Assembly (NCBI RefSeq): GCF_000143415.4
Contig: NW_003314315.1
Span: forward strand, 1,053,514 to 1,117,513
Length of the DNA stretch: 64,000 nt
Source: Selaginella moellendorffii
Lineage: Eukaryota > Plantae > Lycopodiophyta
Direction of reading: 5' to 3'
Both the position numbers and the translations under genes were made by a program. Positions 1-14,300 of this stretch are shown here, piece after piece (the stretch's first letter is position 1; every line of letters starts with the position of its first letter). The notes beneath the pieces were generated by a model, which was not told the origin of the DNA, made no database searches, and saw only the letters and a program-made list of their open reading frames with translations.

Positions 1-239
1 CCACTACACCACTACAGGTTAAGTTCGTTACCCTACTGAAGACCTTAATATACCCTTGTGTTATGATCCATTGTGAAAAAACAAAGAACTAATCTCCCTA
101 GACTATGCTATGCCTTTTCTTGAGGTTTTTTACCACCCAACTCCTCAAAAGCTCCATTACGCCACCATTCCATTATGAGCCCTCAGGTAAGTTTAGTTCC
201 TTACTTTAATATGCCTTAATATACCCTTGAGCTTCTTTT

Positions 240-605
240 TAACTGACATTGACCATGTGGTCAAAGCTCGTGCCTAACAATTCTTCCCCCCTAACAAAGT
301 CCTTGTCCCAAGGACGATGTCCATTTTCTACAGCCATATACATCAAAGAGGCATTATGCCCATCACTCCAGGATAGTATACCTTTCAATTGGCTGATATA
401 AAATACCAAATATATTGGTAGCCGCATCTGATAAGTCACCTTATCAATGCACTCCAATGAGAAAGTTTATCACTCTTCCCATTCCACAAAGGCACTAAAG
501 TGTTCTACCGCTCATTTGACGAAAAGATCATTGGCACAAAAACGATATCACACACCTTATATTCCCGAAATTGGCGATGTTCATTAGCAAACTTCTCCAC
601 TCTAT
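240..605 (-). pseudogene. Decayed Ty3/gypsy integrase C-terminal region (continuation of the pol remnant at 8420-10202)
   Basis: Minus-strand peptides DRVEKFANEHRQF..KVCDIVFV and IDKVTYQMRLPIYLVFYISQLK match the gypsy post-core integrase pattern (A..HR...F..GD.V; V.Y.L.LP...HPVFHVSQLK); many stops. Confidence 0.7.
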
Positions 606-1715
606 CCCTTTATCCTATGGCGATTTACCATAGGATACCACCACGAAGCGGAACCTAAACCCTCTTTGTGCCACGTGACAGATGCCACGTGTCACATACC
701 ACGTGTCCATAGGAACCCGAGGTTCAGGGCCTTGGGCCACTGAACGAAGGAACGGTGCCAAACTCCCAAGCGTGACGCCAAGGAGTGATGGAACCGGACC
801 ATGGAGCAACTCCCGAGCATATAGCCCAAGGAGCGAAGGGACAGGAGCCCGGAGCGACTTGGAATAGTCCTGGAGCAACCAACATCCCAATGCCAAGACC
901 AGCACGCAAAACGGAGCCAAACAAAGTCTGGCGCTATTTCGGCATACCGGTGGCCTAACACGAGGATATGGGTACTCCACCAGCTAGCATGGAATGGAAC
1001 TTGGGCTTAGACCCAAGCCGGACGCAAAACAAGGACAGGCACGCAAGCGGGAGCTAGACTATGCCTCAGGTTGGTCGGCCATGCCCGACCTACCCACTAT
1101 CCCTACTATACATTTGGAACCTCCCATAGCCCCCCCCCCTTGAGGAACACATGCTTTGGGCTTTCACCCCAAGCCTCCCTTAGTATCAGGAGTTAGTCTC
1201 AGGGACAAACTCGAAACTTACTAAATATGGAATGTCCTTAGATTGCGAATTTGGACACGGGACGAACACCATTGTGTTCAGGTCGATCTCTACATTCCGT
1301 AGATATGCCAAATGAGCAAATCTGGACACTTTCCATAAATAGCATTTGGGACCGAATGAGACTAACACAAAGGGCATGATAGCGAGGGTGTTTGGCAGAC
1401 ACGGTAAGCTATCATCCAGCGATATTGAGGGACTAATCTCAATACGCGTGAGTTCTTGCCAAGCCAGTGCAAGACAGAGCAAAAGAGAACTAAGAGCCAG
1501 GCTGAGAATGCTCAGCTAGAAACACATAGGAGTTCCTACCTTATGTTCATCTGGCTAAGTACAGATGCAAAGCCCAGTAAGCTAACACTTGGACAAGAGG
1601 GGCTAATAAAGGGAACCAGCAATACCGACCTCCTGCCATCATGGCAGTAAGGTAAGAGTGTCCGTAAGGACTAGCCGACAGGTAACTTTCAATACCCGAA
1701 GTCACATTCGCGACA
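606..1715 (-). repeat. Family A 3' LTR (terminal ~20 bp missing)
   Basis: Near-identical to ~7307-8419 and ends ...CGCGACA; lacks the TGTAGCGCACGTGGTTTTGA terminus of the partner LTR. Confidence 0.9.
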
Positions 1716-2914
1716 CTCTCCCCCCCTTGGGAAAATCGACGTCCTCATCGATGCATACTCGAGTCTAGAATACCGCCAAGGAAACAACTCCAAAAAAAGT
1801 TCACGGTACTCACACTATGTGAGAAATGCACCAACTTAAATGAGTTAGGGAGCAACCTCTTTGTCTAACGCGGATGTGCTACCAGCTCAGACACCTTCCG
1901 GCCGTCGCCGACAAGGAAATGACCAACGGAGTCAGCCACCCTTGCTGCTCTGAGAGTCACCCAGCTTACAAAAGTGTGATATGCCCTGCCCGCGGGAACA
2001 TAGAGAGAGAAGCCAGAGGCCCCAACCCTCCTAAGCAAAGAAACCAAACCCGTCGGTAAGGTTTAGATAGACTACTGTAAACAGGCAGTTAGAGTTGTTT
2101 ACACAGTCACGCCCTTTCAACGGACTAAGGAACATCGACAGAGAGGCGGGTTATGTGACCAGTCGACAGTAGCTACCCCATAACGAGAGATTTCACCATG
2201 CACACGAAGTGCCGAAGCCAGTCTGCCTATACTGGCCCAAACTCAAAGATCAATATATGAACTATATCAAAGTCATAAACAATGATATCTTAGAGATTTA
2301 ATTATCAGTGAATAAAGCTTAAATTAGAACACAAAGTATTCCAAGTAAGTTATCATCCGATAAACCAGTATGAGAGTATAAAAGTCACCAAGATCATCAT
2401 AATTGGTAAACATAGGAATGACCATCCAACAAAATTCAATAGCAAGTATATCATCAAGGAAACTCAATGATGAAACTTAACTATCGAAAATGGTAGATAG
2501 AATGCCAAACAACTTACGAAAGATAACTCACAGAACACAGAGTATCATTGACTGGCAAACAGAATGCTCGCGAATGTATCACCTAAAGATAATAACATTC
2601 CAATTTATCAGAATGAACTCGAGCAATAATCCACAAAACAGAATGAATGGGGTAAGACCAACAAACACTCATTCATGCCAACTATCGCACTCGCCAATCT
2701 GAATAGATCCTGGTCAATAATACCAAGGAACTCAAGTTGCCTAAGCAAGTGTCAGCAACATCCTATCGATATCTCAAACCCAAGAGACCAATCTAGAGCA
2801 AACCACAAAGAACATGTGGTATTGCAAAAAGCCATAAGCCATCAAAGAGAATAACTAACCATCATGAAAGATCATCAATCATCCCATCAATAAAGAGATG
2901 CATAATCATCGTTT

Positions 2915-3504
2915 TGTAAGCAACCAAAGGGAACGACTCGAGAGACGGTCCATGGGGTTCAAATATAGAGGGAAAAGGCCCATGAACAAGAGTGCACCCC
3001 CTTTTCTAATCGGTTAAGGGTCTTGGGATAGTTGGAGTTAAGCGTCCTTGGGTTTGAATAGTACTGGGATGGGTGACCTCCTGGGAAGTCCAAACTCAGG
3101 AGCTTACATTTAGTATTAGAGGGGTCTCGGGTCCGACTCTGTTGGTTGGCTAGGGGAATCGCACCACATGTTGATTGACATCTGGCTGGTCCAGTTTGCT
3201 CCCACTGGGCTCGACCCGAGGGGTAGGGTGTCAAGAGAGCGGGGCTCTCGGGAGAGCTGCGGCTCTCAGCTTCCGTTCACGAGGGCGTGAATTTGCAGGG
3301 AAGCATGGTGGATTGTAAGCAACCAAAGGGAACGACTCGAGAGACGGTCCATGGGGTTCAAAAGAGGGAAAGGGCCCATGAACAAGAGTGCACCCCCTTT
3401 TCTAATCAGTTAAGGGTCTTGGGATAGTTGGAGTTAAGCGTCCTTGGGTTTGAATAGTACTGGGATGGGTGACCTCCCGGGAAGTCCAAACTCATGAGCT
3501 TACA
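2915..3504 (+). mobile_element. Cassandra-type TRIM with 5S rRNA-derived segment in both LTRs
   Basis: LTRs 2915-3108 and 3314-3504 (TGTAAGC...GCTTACA), perfect 5-bp TSD CGTTT (2910-2914/3505-3509), decayed PBS after LTR1, ~205 bp non-coding interior. Each LTR contains AGTTAAGCGTCCTTGGG...TAGTACTGGGATGGGTGACCTCC(T/C)GGGAAGTCC, the 5S rRNA internal control region. Confidence 0.92.
3036..3091 (+). promoter_or_regulatory. 5S rRNA-derived Pol III internal promoter (A box, IE, C box) inside TRIM LTR
   Basis: A-box AGTTAAGCGT and C-box GGATGGGTGACC followed by TCCTGGGAAGTCC, as in plant 5S rRNA; the 5' part of 5S is absent. Confidence 0.85.
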
Positions 3505-6500
3505 CGTTTAAGAAGGAATCCACCATCCCGAAGAACGGCAAACCATTCTATATCAACAATAATCAAGCAAAACTTTTTGACAAGGATAATCAACTATCCT
3601 AGATGATAGTCAATCATCACCAATGATTGCTAGATGCAAATACTAACTTTAACAGCGAAGCTAAAGAGCCAAAAATGCCTTCTCCCCAACAACTTTTAAC
3701 AAATGGAACAATGAGCATAATAAACTCAAAGGACCAAAAGTTTGAAGAAGCCTATAGCCAAGTCTTGCCTAACAATGATCACAAGTCTCGCACGAACTAA
3801 CTTCAATGTTAAAGAAGAAATCATGGTAGAACCACAATATCCCCTTCAATACATCCATAAGCTAAACTTCATAATGCGAAAGCTAATGAAGAGCATGTCT
3901 GCATCAATCCAAAAGCCAAGCATAACGAAGTTATGCTCAACAAGTGATCATCTAATCGATCCTCCATGAATCCATCTATAACAAGACGTAGCTCACATCG
4001 TAACAAGCAGAAGGGGAATCATCAATGATCAATATATTCCAATTCAAACCCAATAAGGATTCAAAATTTCCAATATTGATCACTAACTCTTTTGTTTGTA
4101 GAGTTAGCATAGTCCATGACTGAATCACTTTTCAAGGACAAGCTTAAAGCTCAACCCTTACTAAACAAACTCATCGAGAATACAACTAACTTAACTTGCC
4201 ACTCAGTTCATTTAAACGTCAACACAGTTGCTAACTAGCAAATGCATGAATGCTAACAACACAAAGCTAAAGCCAAATCATCAACATTTTTCATCAAGAC
4301 TAATGAAACTCAATATCAATCCTAAGGAAAGACATTTCATTTCACTCAAGTCTCAATATCAATAATATTAATGACAAGGCATCACTTCAATGCCATCAAC
4401 ATCAGGACAAAGCTAGAAGAAAGCAAGAGTGAATCACCACTCGGAGCTTTCCAGCAACCAAGCTAACCAAAGGCGAAGATACTATACTTAGTATCCGAGA
4501 CCAATCCTTTAGCAAAACTCAGTGACAAATAACACATCATCAAGGAGTGAATCACCACATCCAAGACTCAATGAAATCCAACACTATAGACCAAACGTAA
4601 CTAAATGATATCAACAAAGGAATTGATATGCCAACATGGAAAAACCATGTTAGCCTAATGACACGATCCTCCGCAACACCATCTGGTAAAGCAAGCCCAC
4701 CACTGCTAAATCATCATCGAGCAAAGCAAGTGTCAACGGTCCTTGATGAAGTCTACAAGTAATCACTAGTCGCAAAGCAACTAACAATCACTCCTCAACT
4801 TGCGTTCACAAGACTCAACACTAAACTCATATCATCAAGTCATATACTCATCCAATATGAACGTAATACCTCATGTACGAGATAAAAGTTCATAGACAAG
4901 CACAAACTAAATGACCACTCGAATCCAACTCAACCGCAATAAGCTCACTAATGCATTTAGTCAATAGTTCTGAGCATGCCTTGAAGAGGCTAGCTATGCA
5001 TGATCAACACTCAGTCGAAACTAAAGTGAAGACCATGAGATGGACTCATATTGGTACACAACCTCCTCATAGACAAAGCTATAGTATGGGTACCAACATC
5101 TCAGCTTGCAAACAACTAAGTTGGACATCACCATCCTCAGCCAAGGCGCAGGGCCACCAAGACCAAGTCAAGATCAGTGAGAGCTCACTACTCTCATAGA
5201 GTCTAACATAATGCAAGGTGCAACCTGCCACCAAGCATAGCGCTACAAAAGAAAGGTACAAGGGTCACCTTTCTGAGAAAAGTGCAACGGCCACTTTTCT
5301 ACACCAACTCAAGACTCTATCCAACTCAATTGCCTTAGCCCCAAAAGTTAGCATCCCTTTCAGGCCGCATCATACAAACTATCTACTAAGGTTTAAGCCA
5401 ACCGAAGCCAACTCCAACCCCTTCAACAGTTTGTACTAGCTTACGAAAACGGAATGGTTTTCGAGCAAAGTGACTAACAGATCAGCCATTGGAAAAGTCT
5501 AAAAATTTGTGGAAAATTTTCCATCCTAGAGAAAGAATGACTCTCAATCCAGGATTGCAAACTTTCAAGACTCAACCAACTTCTTCCTACCAACAACTTC
5601 ACATAGGCTCACCTCAACACAAATTCTCATGATCCAACAACATGCTTAAGCATCGAACATCTTTGCCCATATAACCGACATCCAACACTGACATCCGCAA
5701 AGTGCAAAATGAACATCCAAGGCTTGATCACGAAGACCACATCTTCGGATATCCATATTGCACTAACACTCTTCTTCAATCACCTTCAAGATCCAATGTG
5801 AAGCCAAAACACTAACAAGAAAAATGACATGGAAAAATCAAGGTCCAAGGAAAATTCCTCATCACTTGAAATAACAATACCACTTCCACACAAGTGCTAG
5901 TGATGTCAATGCCCCAACTACACATCTTCTCCATCCAACAATCTACTCCAAGTGCTAACGGATCAACCGACAAGCTATAGCAAATGAATGCTACAACCCT
6001 TTCCAACACCTAACAGGCAAACTCAAGGAAACAAGGTACCAACTTAAGCTTAGCATAATGGACCACTATAGAGAATCCAGTCAAAGCTACTACAATGCTA
6101 CTACATGCAAGTAGACTAGCTTCTCTATCAACCAATTTGGGGTTGATCATCATTTACCCAAGCAACTTCATAAACACATTGCTTATTATCACATGGATAT
6201 GATATAAATCACAATGACTTGATCATCAATCAAGCAACACTATGAGAAATGCCCATGTCACTACTGTAAAGGTTTATGTGAATATCAAGTGCTAACTCAA
6301 TTCGACAAAATGCAACATAAATGCCACACCCTATCAATAGAGATTTACAACACCCAACACCACTAACTTTTGTTCACAACATGGACAAGCTCATGCTATT
6401 CTCTTTCCGACCAAACTCAAAACTAATCCAACACCAAGCTACTCAAGGAGCAATAGCAAGGTTCCCCGGAAAAGAATTGAGCATTGCAACCCAAGTCTTC

Positions 6501-7286
6501 CAATAGCGAGCCTAGACAAAATGGTTTAGTGTTTCACCACTATCCATCCCATAACTCACCACTTGTAAGACCATCACTTCCAACATGCATCAAGGTAGGG
6601 ACTCTTGATTGCATTATGTGAACACAAGCAATGAGTTAACACCTCCTTGCAAATCATCTCTTCAAGAAGAGAAAATGATTTACGTATTTGATCCTCCGTC
6701 CCCGATGACTCTCTTTTCGGTCTCATCTTTGACCAAACCTCAAGCTTGCTTTCACACTGCCTTTAGTTCAATCGAAGAAAAGTTTATGAGAGAGCACGGC
6801 AATGATTACTTGAACCAATAGACTATTCCCTACAGTCTTGATTGAGCCACTTATAATCATGCCTAGGAAGGATCCACTAGTACCATGCTAAATAGCTACG
6901 GACCAGCCTATTTGCCACTCATAGCAAACCTAGGGAAAGTTTATTTTCACCCATGGTACATGGAACAACTCATGGAACCACTGATAGGCTAGCATTAATC
7001 CTGCCAACTCTAAGTGTAACCTTGAGTTGCTAATGTGCCTCACTCACTCGCCCAAGCGCAAACTCATGCTACTGGAACAACTCAATCCTTCTTATGAGCC
7101 CAAGAGCAAGCTCATATAATACAGTACAAAACGGTAACCAAATCCATACTCAAGGAACATTTGCGAAGCCTTTGCACCCAAACATGTACCCACTCGGATC
7201 ATCGTTTTCATCTCTGCGTATGCAACGAGACTAGTTGCCCAATCTCATTGAATAGTACTCGCTGAGACTCATCCTCTGATACCAAA

Positions 7287-8419
7287 TGTAGCGCACGTGG
7301 TTTTGACCCTTTATCCTATGGCGATTTACCATAGGATACCACCACGAAGCGGAACCTAAACCCTCTTTGTGCCACGTGACAGATGCCACGTGTCACATAC
7401 CACGTGTCCATAGGAACCCGAGGTTCAGGGCCTTGGGCCACTGAACGAAGGAACGGTGCCAAACTCCCAAGCGTGACGCCAAGGAGTGATGGAACCGGAC
7501 CATGGAGCAACTCCCGAGCATATAGCCCAAGGAGCGAAGGGACAGGAGCCCGAAGCGACTTGGAACAGTCCTGGAGCAACCAGCATCCCAATGCCAGGAC
7601 CAGCACGCAAAACGGAGCCAAACAAAGTCTGGCGCTATTTCGGCATACCGGTGGCCTAACACGAGGATATGGGTACTCCACCAGCTAGCATGGAATGGAA
7701 CTTGGGCTTAGACCCAAGCCGGACGCAGAACAAGGATAGACACGCAAGCGGGAGCTAGACTATGCCTCAGGTTGGTCGGCCATGCCCGACCTACCCACTA
7801 TCCCTACTATACATTTGGAACCCCCCATATCCCCCCCCCCCCTTGAGGAACACACGCTTTGGGCTTTCACCTCAAGCCTCCCTTAGTATCAGGAGTTAGT
7901 CTCAGGGACAAACTCGAAACTTACTAAATATGGAATGTCCTTAGATTGCGAATTTGGACACGGGACGAACACCATTGTGTTCAGGTCGATCTCTACATTC
8001 CGTAGATATGCCAAATGAGCAAATCTGGACACTTTCCATAAATAGCATTTGGGACTGAAATGAGACTAACACAAAGGGCATGATAGCGAGGGTGTTTGGC
8101 AGACACGGTAAGCTATCATCCAGCGATATTGAGGGACTAATCTCAATACGCGAGAGTTCTTGCCAAGCCAGTGCAAGACAGAGCAAAAGAGAACTAAGAG
8201 CCAGGCCGAGAATGCTCAGCTAGAAACACATAGGAGTTCCTACTTTATGTTCATCTGGCTAAGTACAGATGCTAAGCCCAGTAAGCTAACACTTGGACAA
8301 GAGGGGCTAATAAAGGGAACCAGCAATACCGACCTCCTGCCATCGTGGCAGTAAGGTAAGAGTGTCCGTAAGGACTAGCCGACAGGTAACTTTCGATACC
8401 CAAAGTCACATTCGCGACA
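7287..8419 (-). repeat. Family A 5' LTR
   Basis: TG...CA termini (TGTAGCG...CGCGACA), adjacent PBS. Confidence 0.92.
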
Positions 8420-10202
8420 TAAACTACCTGCAAATTCCATTTGCACACCATCAAAATCTTATTAAGTTCTATGGCTAGATCAGTTGCCTAGCATATCTTT
8501 CACCACCTAATTCACATGCTCAGTTTGCCCATATGTCTAAAGATGATCTCTAATTGAGAGTTTGAAAGTCACTTGCATAGCCTTTGTAAAGCTTTTCAAA
8601 AATCCCCTAGTGAACTTTTAATCTTGATCACTAATGATGTCCTGGAAAACCTTCTTGAAGTAGACCACAACTAAATATGAGGTAGTGACAATCTTCCAGA
8701 GAGCCAACAACTATATATACTTTGTTAAACAATCCATACTTACTCCTTTTGCCTTTGTGTTTGTGGCAAAAAGGTGATGAAGTCTATACAGATATTACAC
8801 CAATAGCTCTGAGGAATAAGTAAAGGTTGCAAAAGTCCTTTTAGCTTCTTCTGTGACACTTTTACTTATTGACAGAGCTCACTTGATTTACAATACTTGA
8901 AGATGTCAACCTTCATATTCCTCCAATAAAAATTGCACTTAATCAACTTATACGTCTTCTTCCCCCCAAAATAACTAGCATCTAGATGATTATAATAGTG
9001 GAATAAAACTTGAGTAATTAATGCATCCACCCATAGCAAATATACATGGCTATTATAGTAAAGAATCCCATCCACCAATGAGAAAAGTGCTTCCATCTAC
9101 ACTTATAAAAAGACCACCTCAACATCCTAAGTCTGAGCACACTCAACCAACTATCCAAATTCAATGACCACCTTACTCAAATGATGACAAAATCGTGTTT
9201 TTAATGCTATTATATGACGAACATGAGATAAAGCATCTGCAACCACATTTGATTTTCCCGGACTATGCTTAATAGGAAACTTCCTAAACTCCATGAGTTT
9301 GACCATCCAACAAATTTGCCTAGTGTTCAACTCCTTCTATGTGAAAAGATACACAAGAGATTTGTGATCTGTCACACCATGAACACTACACCATAAAGAT
9401 AGTGCCACCATGTCTGCAAGGCATGAACAATAAAGAGTAACTCTTGCTGATATATGGAATAATGTTGCTCTATGGGATTCAAAATTTGACTCTCATATGC
9501 AATAGGTTGTCCCTCTTGTATGAGATTTCTTCCCAATGCATAACAACTCACATCACATATCACCTTGTAAAGTTTTGATGGATCGGTAATGCAAAACACT
9601 AGAGCCTCGCTCAACAACTGTTTCAATGCCACAAACTCTTTTCATGTGGCTTCTTCCACTCAAATGGCACATTCTTGCGCAACAATTGTGTCAAAGGAAT
9701 AGCCACCTCCACAAACTTATGCTAAAAACATCAGTAGTAACTAATCATACCAAGGAAGGTTCGTAACTCAGCCATTGAAGTCGGTGTAGGCTAGTTTTCC
9801 ACCACAGCCACCTTCCTTGGATCTGTCTTGACACTCTTAGATGTCATAATATAGCTTAGATATTCCATCTCTGACTTTATAAACTCACATTTGCTCTTCT
9901 TCACATATATTTTGCTGTCATGCAATAATAAAAGAACCTTGTGCAAATTCACTTTATGCTCCTCCATATTCTTGCTGAAAACAAGAATATTGTCCAAGAA
10001 AATCTTCATAAACTTATGAAGATACGCCTAAATACCTTTATCATCAACTGAGTAAATGTGGCTAATGCATTTGTCAAACCAAACAGCATAATCATAAACT
10101 CAAAATGCTCGAAGCTTGTGTTGAATGCCATCTTCGAGATAGATGCATAATCCATTGCAATCTAATGATATCCACTCCTTAGATCAATCTTGGTAAACAC
10201 TT
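8420..10202 (-). pseudogene. Decayed Ty3/gypsy pol (RT-RNaseH-integrase)
   Basis: FTKIDLRSGYH, MLFGLTNA, IFLDNILVFSK (RT); CDVS..ALG..L.QEGQPIAYES, QELLFIVHALQTWWHYL (RNaseH); YW..MK.DI..YCKS...CQ and DGQTEHVN (IN); many stops and frameshifts. Confidence 0.9.
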
Positions 10203-10571
10203 ATGTTTCGCTCATGGAGATGAGAGGGAGAACAAGCAATCAATGCTACAACTTTTATGATTGAATGGCACTTCTCGCTCAAAACCGCATTCACTTCAAC
10301 AATACTATTCCTCTCACAATCAATTATACATATCTTAATATCTAAAGCATTGAATGATTGTGTCTATTGATCGCCATCAAAGAGAATGAAAATCATGACC
10401 ATTGATCGAGACTGTTGATCACGTCCGTTGATTTTTATAGTTTTATACCTAGGGTTGGAGCAGCAAATGGCAAGAGAAAGGCATGTTTGAGTAGGGAAGG
10501 GTGACAGAAAGGAGCTTCAACCTAGCAATGTGCTCAAGGATGCTCCTCAAACAAAGTATGCTTCTGTGAGA

Positions 10572-11099
10572 AAGTCGATTCATGCACGAACTGACATTTC
10601 CTCACCTTCTTTCTTCCATTAGAAGTTTTCTTTTTTCTCGACTTTTGTTTTCTCTTGAGGGATAGAGATATCAGTTCTTGTGCAAACCGACATCTCTTAG
10701 CATTCTTTTTCATTTTCTGTTAGCTTTTCGCCCATCTCTACCTCGTTTTTTTTTATTTCTTTTCCTTGTTGAAGGGGTGGGAAAGGTCGGTTCGCGTGCG
10801 AACCGATGTCTCCCCACTTTCATTTTTTCTAGACGCAAGCTTTCTTAGTTTTTTTCATGTTTCTAGTGATGAGATCTCTATATTTTAAAAAACAAAGAGA
10901 GATAGAAATATTGGTTCTTGTGCGAACCGATATCTTTAAGGTTTATTCTTGATTTTAATGACTTAATGGGGCATTTCATGTGAAAATAAGAGGGTGGAAA
11001 ATGTCGGTTCTTGCATGAACCCACCTCTCCCATATTCTTGTTGTGTTTTTCTTTTATCTCAAGAGGTAGGGTGAGGCTGATTCTCGCGCAAACCAACCT
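10572..11099. repeat. Array of six 26-bp palindromes (consensus ATGTCGGTTC-N6-GAACCGACAT) with unique spacers
   Basis: Copies start at 10572, 10668, 10784, 10908, 11001, 11074. Confidence 0.85.
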
Positions 11100-11308
11100 C
11101 TTGCAGTGACTTGTGGTTTTTTCCTAAACATTTCTTGTAGTTTACAATTTATTTTTCACATCTTTTACTTACAATTTTTTTTTGTGAGAGCAGATATAAA
11201 TCAACCTTGACTGCCTGGAACTTCCAACAAGGGACTTGAACTTAAAATGCCATAAATTTGCTTTACATTACAAGTTAGATGTTATAGTATTTTTACTTTT
11301 TATTTTAG

Positions 11309-14300
11309 AGGAAGCGCCGAGGCTAGCCTCAATGGTCTCGTTCTCCAAGAAAAGGCAGCCGCCTTCATCACTGTGGGCTTGGTTGATTGAGTGGAGATTC
11401 ATCTCAAGTATCCAATGAAGTTTCTGCTAGTCATGCTGGAGGCAACAATGAGCATAACAATGACGTGGATGTTGAGATGGACACTCAAATTAATGTTGGT
11501 GTTATTGAGGCTATTGGTACTGGTGCTCTTGAGGCTGTGGCTATTGGTGGTGAGGTACTTGCATCTGATGTTGGTGGTGGTGGGGGTGCTGTGCCTTTGG
11601 TTGCTGAGGTTGCTCGTGGCAAAGTAAATGAACTAGCTGAGGAGGTTATTGGTAGCGCTGTAGGTGGATCTATTGCGGAGGCTACTAGGGGCATGGTAGC
11701 TGCTCCTACTACTCCTCAGGCTAGTGGTGTAAGGGGAGCTAGTGGTGGTGAGGGATTATGTATGCATGATTCTGACACCATCTTAAATGATCATGTTTGG
11801 GACACGATCATCTAAGCTCAAGAATGGACAATCAGTAAAGTGTTACAAGAAATGGCATGGAATGGCCCTTATCGTTTTCTAGTTCCTTTGTGCCAGTTGG
11901 TTCAAAGCCATTGGGTGCACTCAGCTTACGACCTCAACATGGCTATCTACAGCTCTTTTGCTGAGGTCGGGTTTGAGAGCACAACTAGTACCTTCATCGT
12001 TTCACCAACTTTCCCTGGAATCGGCCGGACAGAGCTAGTGACTATTGAACTTGAGCAAAAATAGGATCCTATATGGCTACAAAAGTCTCGTGAATTTGAT
12101 GGATTCTTAGGACAACAAGTAAAGATAACAAGGTTCATTGGAAAGCTCTTTTGGGTGATTGATGGAAACCATAAGTAGTTAGTATTTTGGAAGTGCATTC
12201 AAGAGAAGTTCTGAGATGACGAAGAGCGATATATTAGTGTTTCAGTCACACTTGTCAAATGAATGACTCAGGAGCACATTGTATGTGAATCTCAATATGG
12301 CATGCCATAAGACCAACATGTAAGAATTTATTTTTTGTAAACTTAGCCAATATTGTGTTTTTCCAAGCTAAACCAATTTGCGTTTCAAGCTTATATTGGT
12401 ATATGACATTGAGCACATTCGGTTTATTGGCATGCTCTCGCTAGAGGAGGTCCAAACGTTGTACAATTATGAGGTATTTGAAGCAATTCAAGTGAAGCTA
12501 GCAGCTAGGAAAAGCCAAGAATTTCAGACTTGGTACCAGCTGCCACTTGATTTTCTAGTTGCTATCTGGGCGAAGGGAAATTCGTGTTGAAGTATGTATC
12601 AACTTATATAATGTTTCTTGTAGCCCATAATCAAAGGAAAAAGAGCCTCATTTTTTAAAAATGCCCGAGGGGACGAGTAGTAGAAGGAGATGGAGTGGCA
12701 TGCAATTGAGTAGCGAATTTTGAATATGAAGAGAACAAACGTGAAAAAGTTGCTCTCAATTACAGACATACGACGTGGGCAGAAATGGCTCGATAGCATT
12801 GCCAATATTTGTTTTCGCATTTGTAAGTTCTTCTAAAATTTGTGAAACATTTCATAACACTTTGTGTGTGTAGGAACTGGTAAAGCACTAGAGGAACTCA
12901 TTTACAACATCTCCAAGAGTAAAATGTCCTTTTCTGAACAAAGCATTCACTTGGAACTTCTCAACACTTGGCTACGAAACAACAAAAAATATTGCGAGAA
13001 AAGGATGGAGAAGGTGCTGAAGGAGAAGACGTAAATTTCTCAGAGTATTGCCACTGGTGAGAAGATGCTACAAGTCTGGGAGAAGAAGTTTCTTTCCAGC
13101 ATCTGCACAAGTATCACTCTCGAAAAATATATTTGTGCTTGTCTTGCGGAGCTAGGGAATGGTTGGCTTCCATGTGGTGGGACAAGTTCGGCTGAGTTCA
13201 AGAACCAACCAAGACAACCATTTCTTATGCGGCACATGGTTTACATGTATTTTCTCAATTCTCATTTATATATTGGTATTTATATTTTTGTTTTAGTTTG
13301 TAGATATTTAAAATATTGAACTGGTATACACAGCCGGGGTTTTGTAGTAGCTCCTGACTAGAGGCAAGAAGTTTGGGATGTATGAGCCAGAGTTCTATTG
13401 TCCTTGTACACATGGGAAGGAGCTATGCCCATGGTACCTTGAACTTGTGAAGCAGATGCCGACATCGAACTTCGAGCTGGATCTCTACCTTGAATGTCAT
13501 CCACATTCACTTGAAACTCAGCACTTAGCTATTAACCTTGAGTTATATTCTTATTTTCTAAAGGCTCTTTCTAATTGTGATAACGACATTATTGAAGTTC
13601 AACAACTAAACCCAAGAGTCCACACTCAGGAAACCATTCAAAAGATGCCAAATCCAAATACCGTTGAACTAGAGGAAACTGTACAGGAGATTCCAGCACA
13701 AGAGATTCCAATACTTGCCCTTCGCAACCCTCGAAGAGGCTATCATAAAGCCTTTCACAAGAGTAAGGACTTTGATTTGGAACATTCTTTTATTCATTCT
13801 TGACTTCACTTTTTTTTTTATAGATGTTGTAGAGAGCAACCATCAGTCTTCTCGGTAGACTAAGACATTCTTCCCATCCCTCCCCATAGCTACAGATGAC
13901 GACCTGGAAGAGCTCCTCTGCAACTATGCATAAACAGGTTAGTAAGCATGAATTTTATCTCCAACTTTTAGTTCTAATAATTGTTTTTCAGGTTCGCCCT
14001 CTATCCCCAACGGCCAGTGTTAGGGAAGTTGCTGTTCTCATTGGGGATTATATGCAGCTTTTAGATGCTACTAGTCAGGAGCTCTACATGCTTGATCAGT
14101 GGATCCATGGTCAGGGTCAGCTCACATTTTTTGATCTTCCTGATGGTCAGGGTCAGCTCATCTTTTTCGATCTTCCCGATGGGATGCCACTACTGTAGGG
14201 GGATACTCTGTCATGGAATGTGTTGCAGGCCCAACACATTTCCCAAGCCTTAAAGGTTATGAGCAGCTTCATGACATACGAGGCTATGGCTATTATGATC

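Larger units (their letters stand above)
606..8419 (-). mobile_element. Non-autonomous (LARD-like) LTR retroelement, family A, copy A1
   Basis: Two ~1.1 kb near-identical direct repeats (606-1715, 7287-8419). tRNA-iMet PBS TGGTATCAGAG on minus strand at 7274-7284; PPT (reverse complement of CTCTCCCCCCCTTGG) at 1716-1730; no long ORF in the internal region. Confidence 0.9.

Noticed and set aside
615-980. 121-aa ORF repeated at 7316 and 34418
   Set aside because: Lies within family A LTRs; recurrence reflects LTR duplication, it has no recognisable domain, and it is not preserved in the ~45800 copy.
3036-3091. Functional 5S rRNA gene
   Set aside because: Only the internal control region is present, embedded in TRIM LTRs; the 5' part and terminator context are missing.
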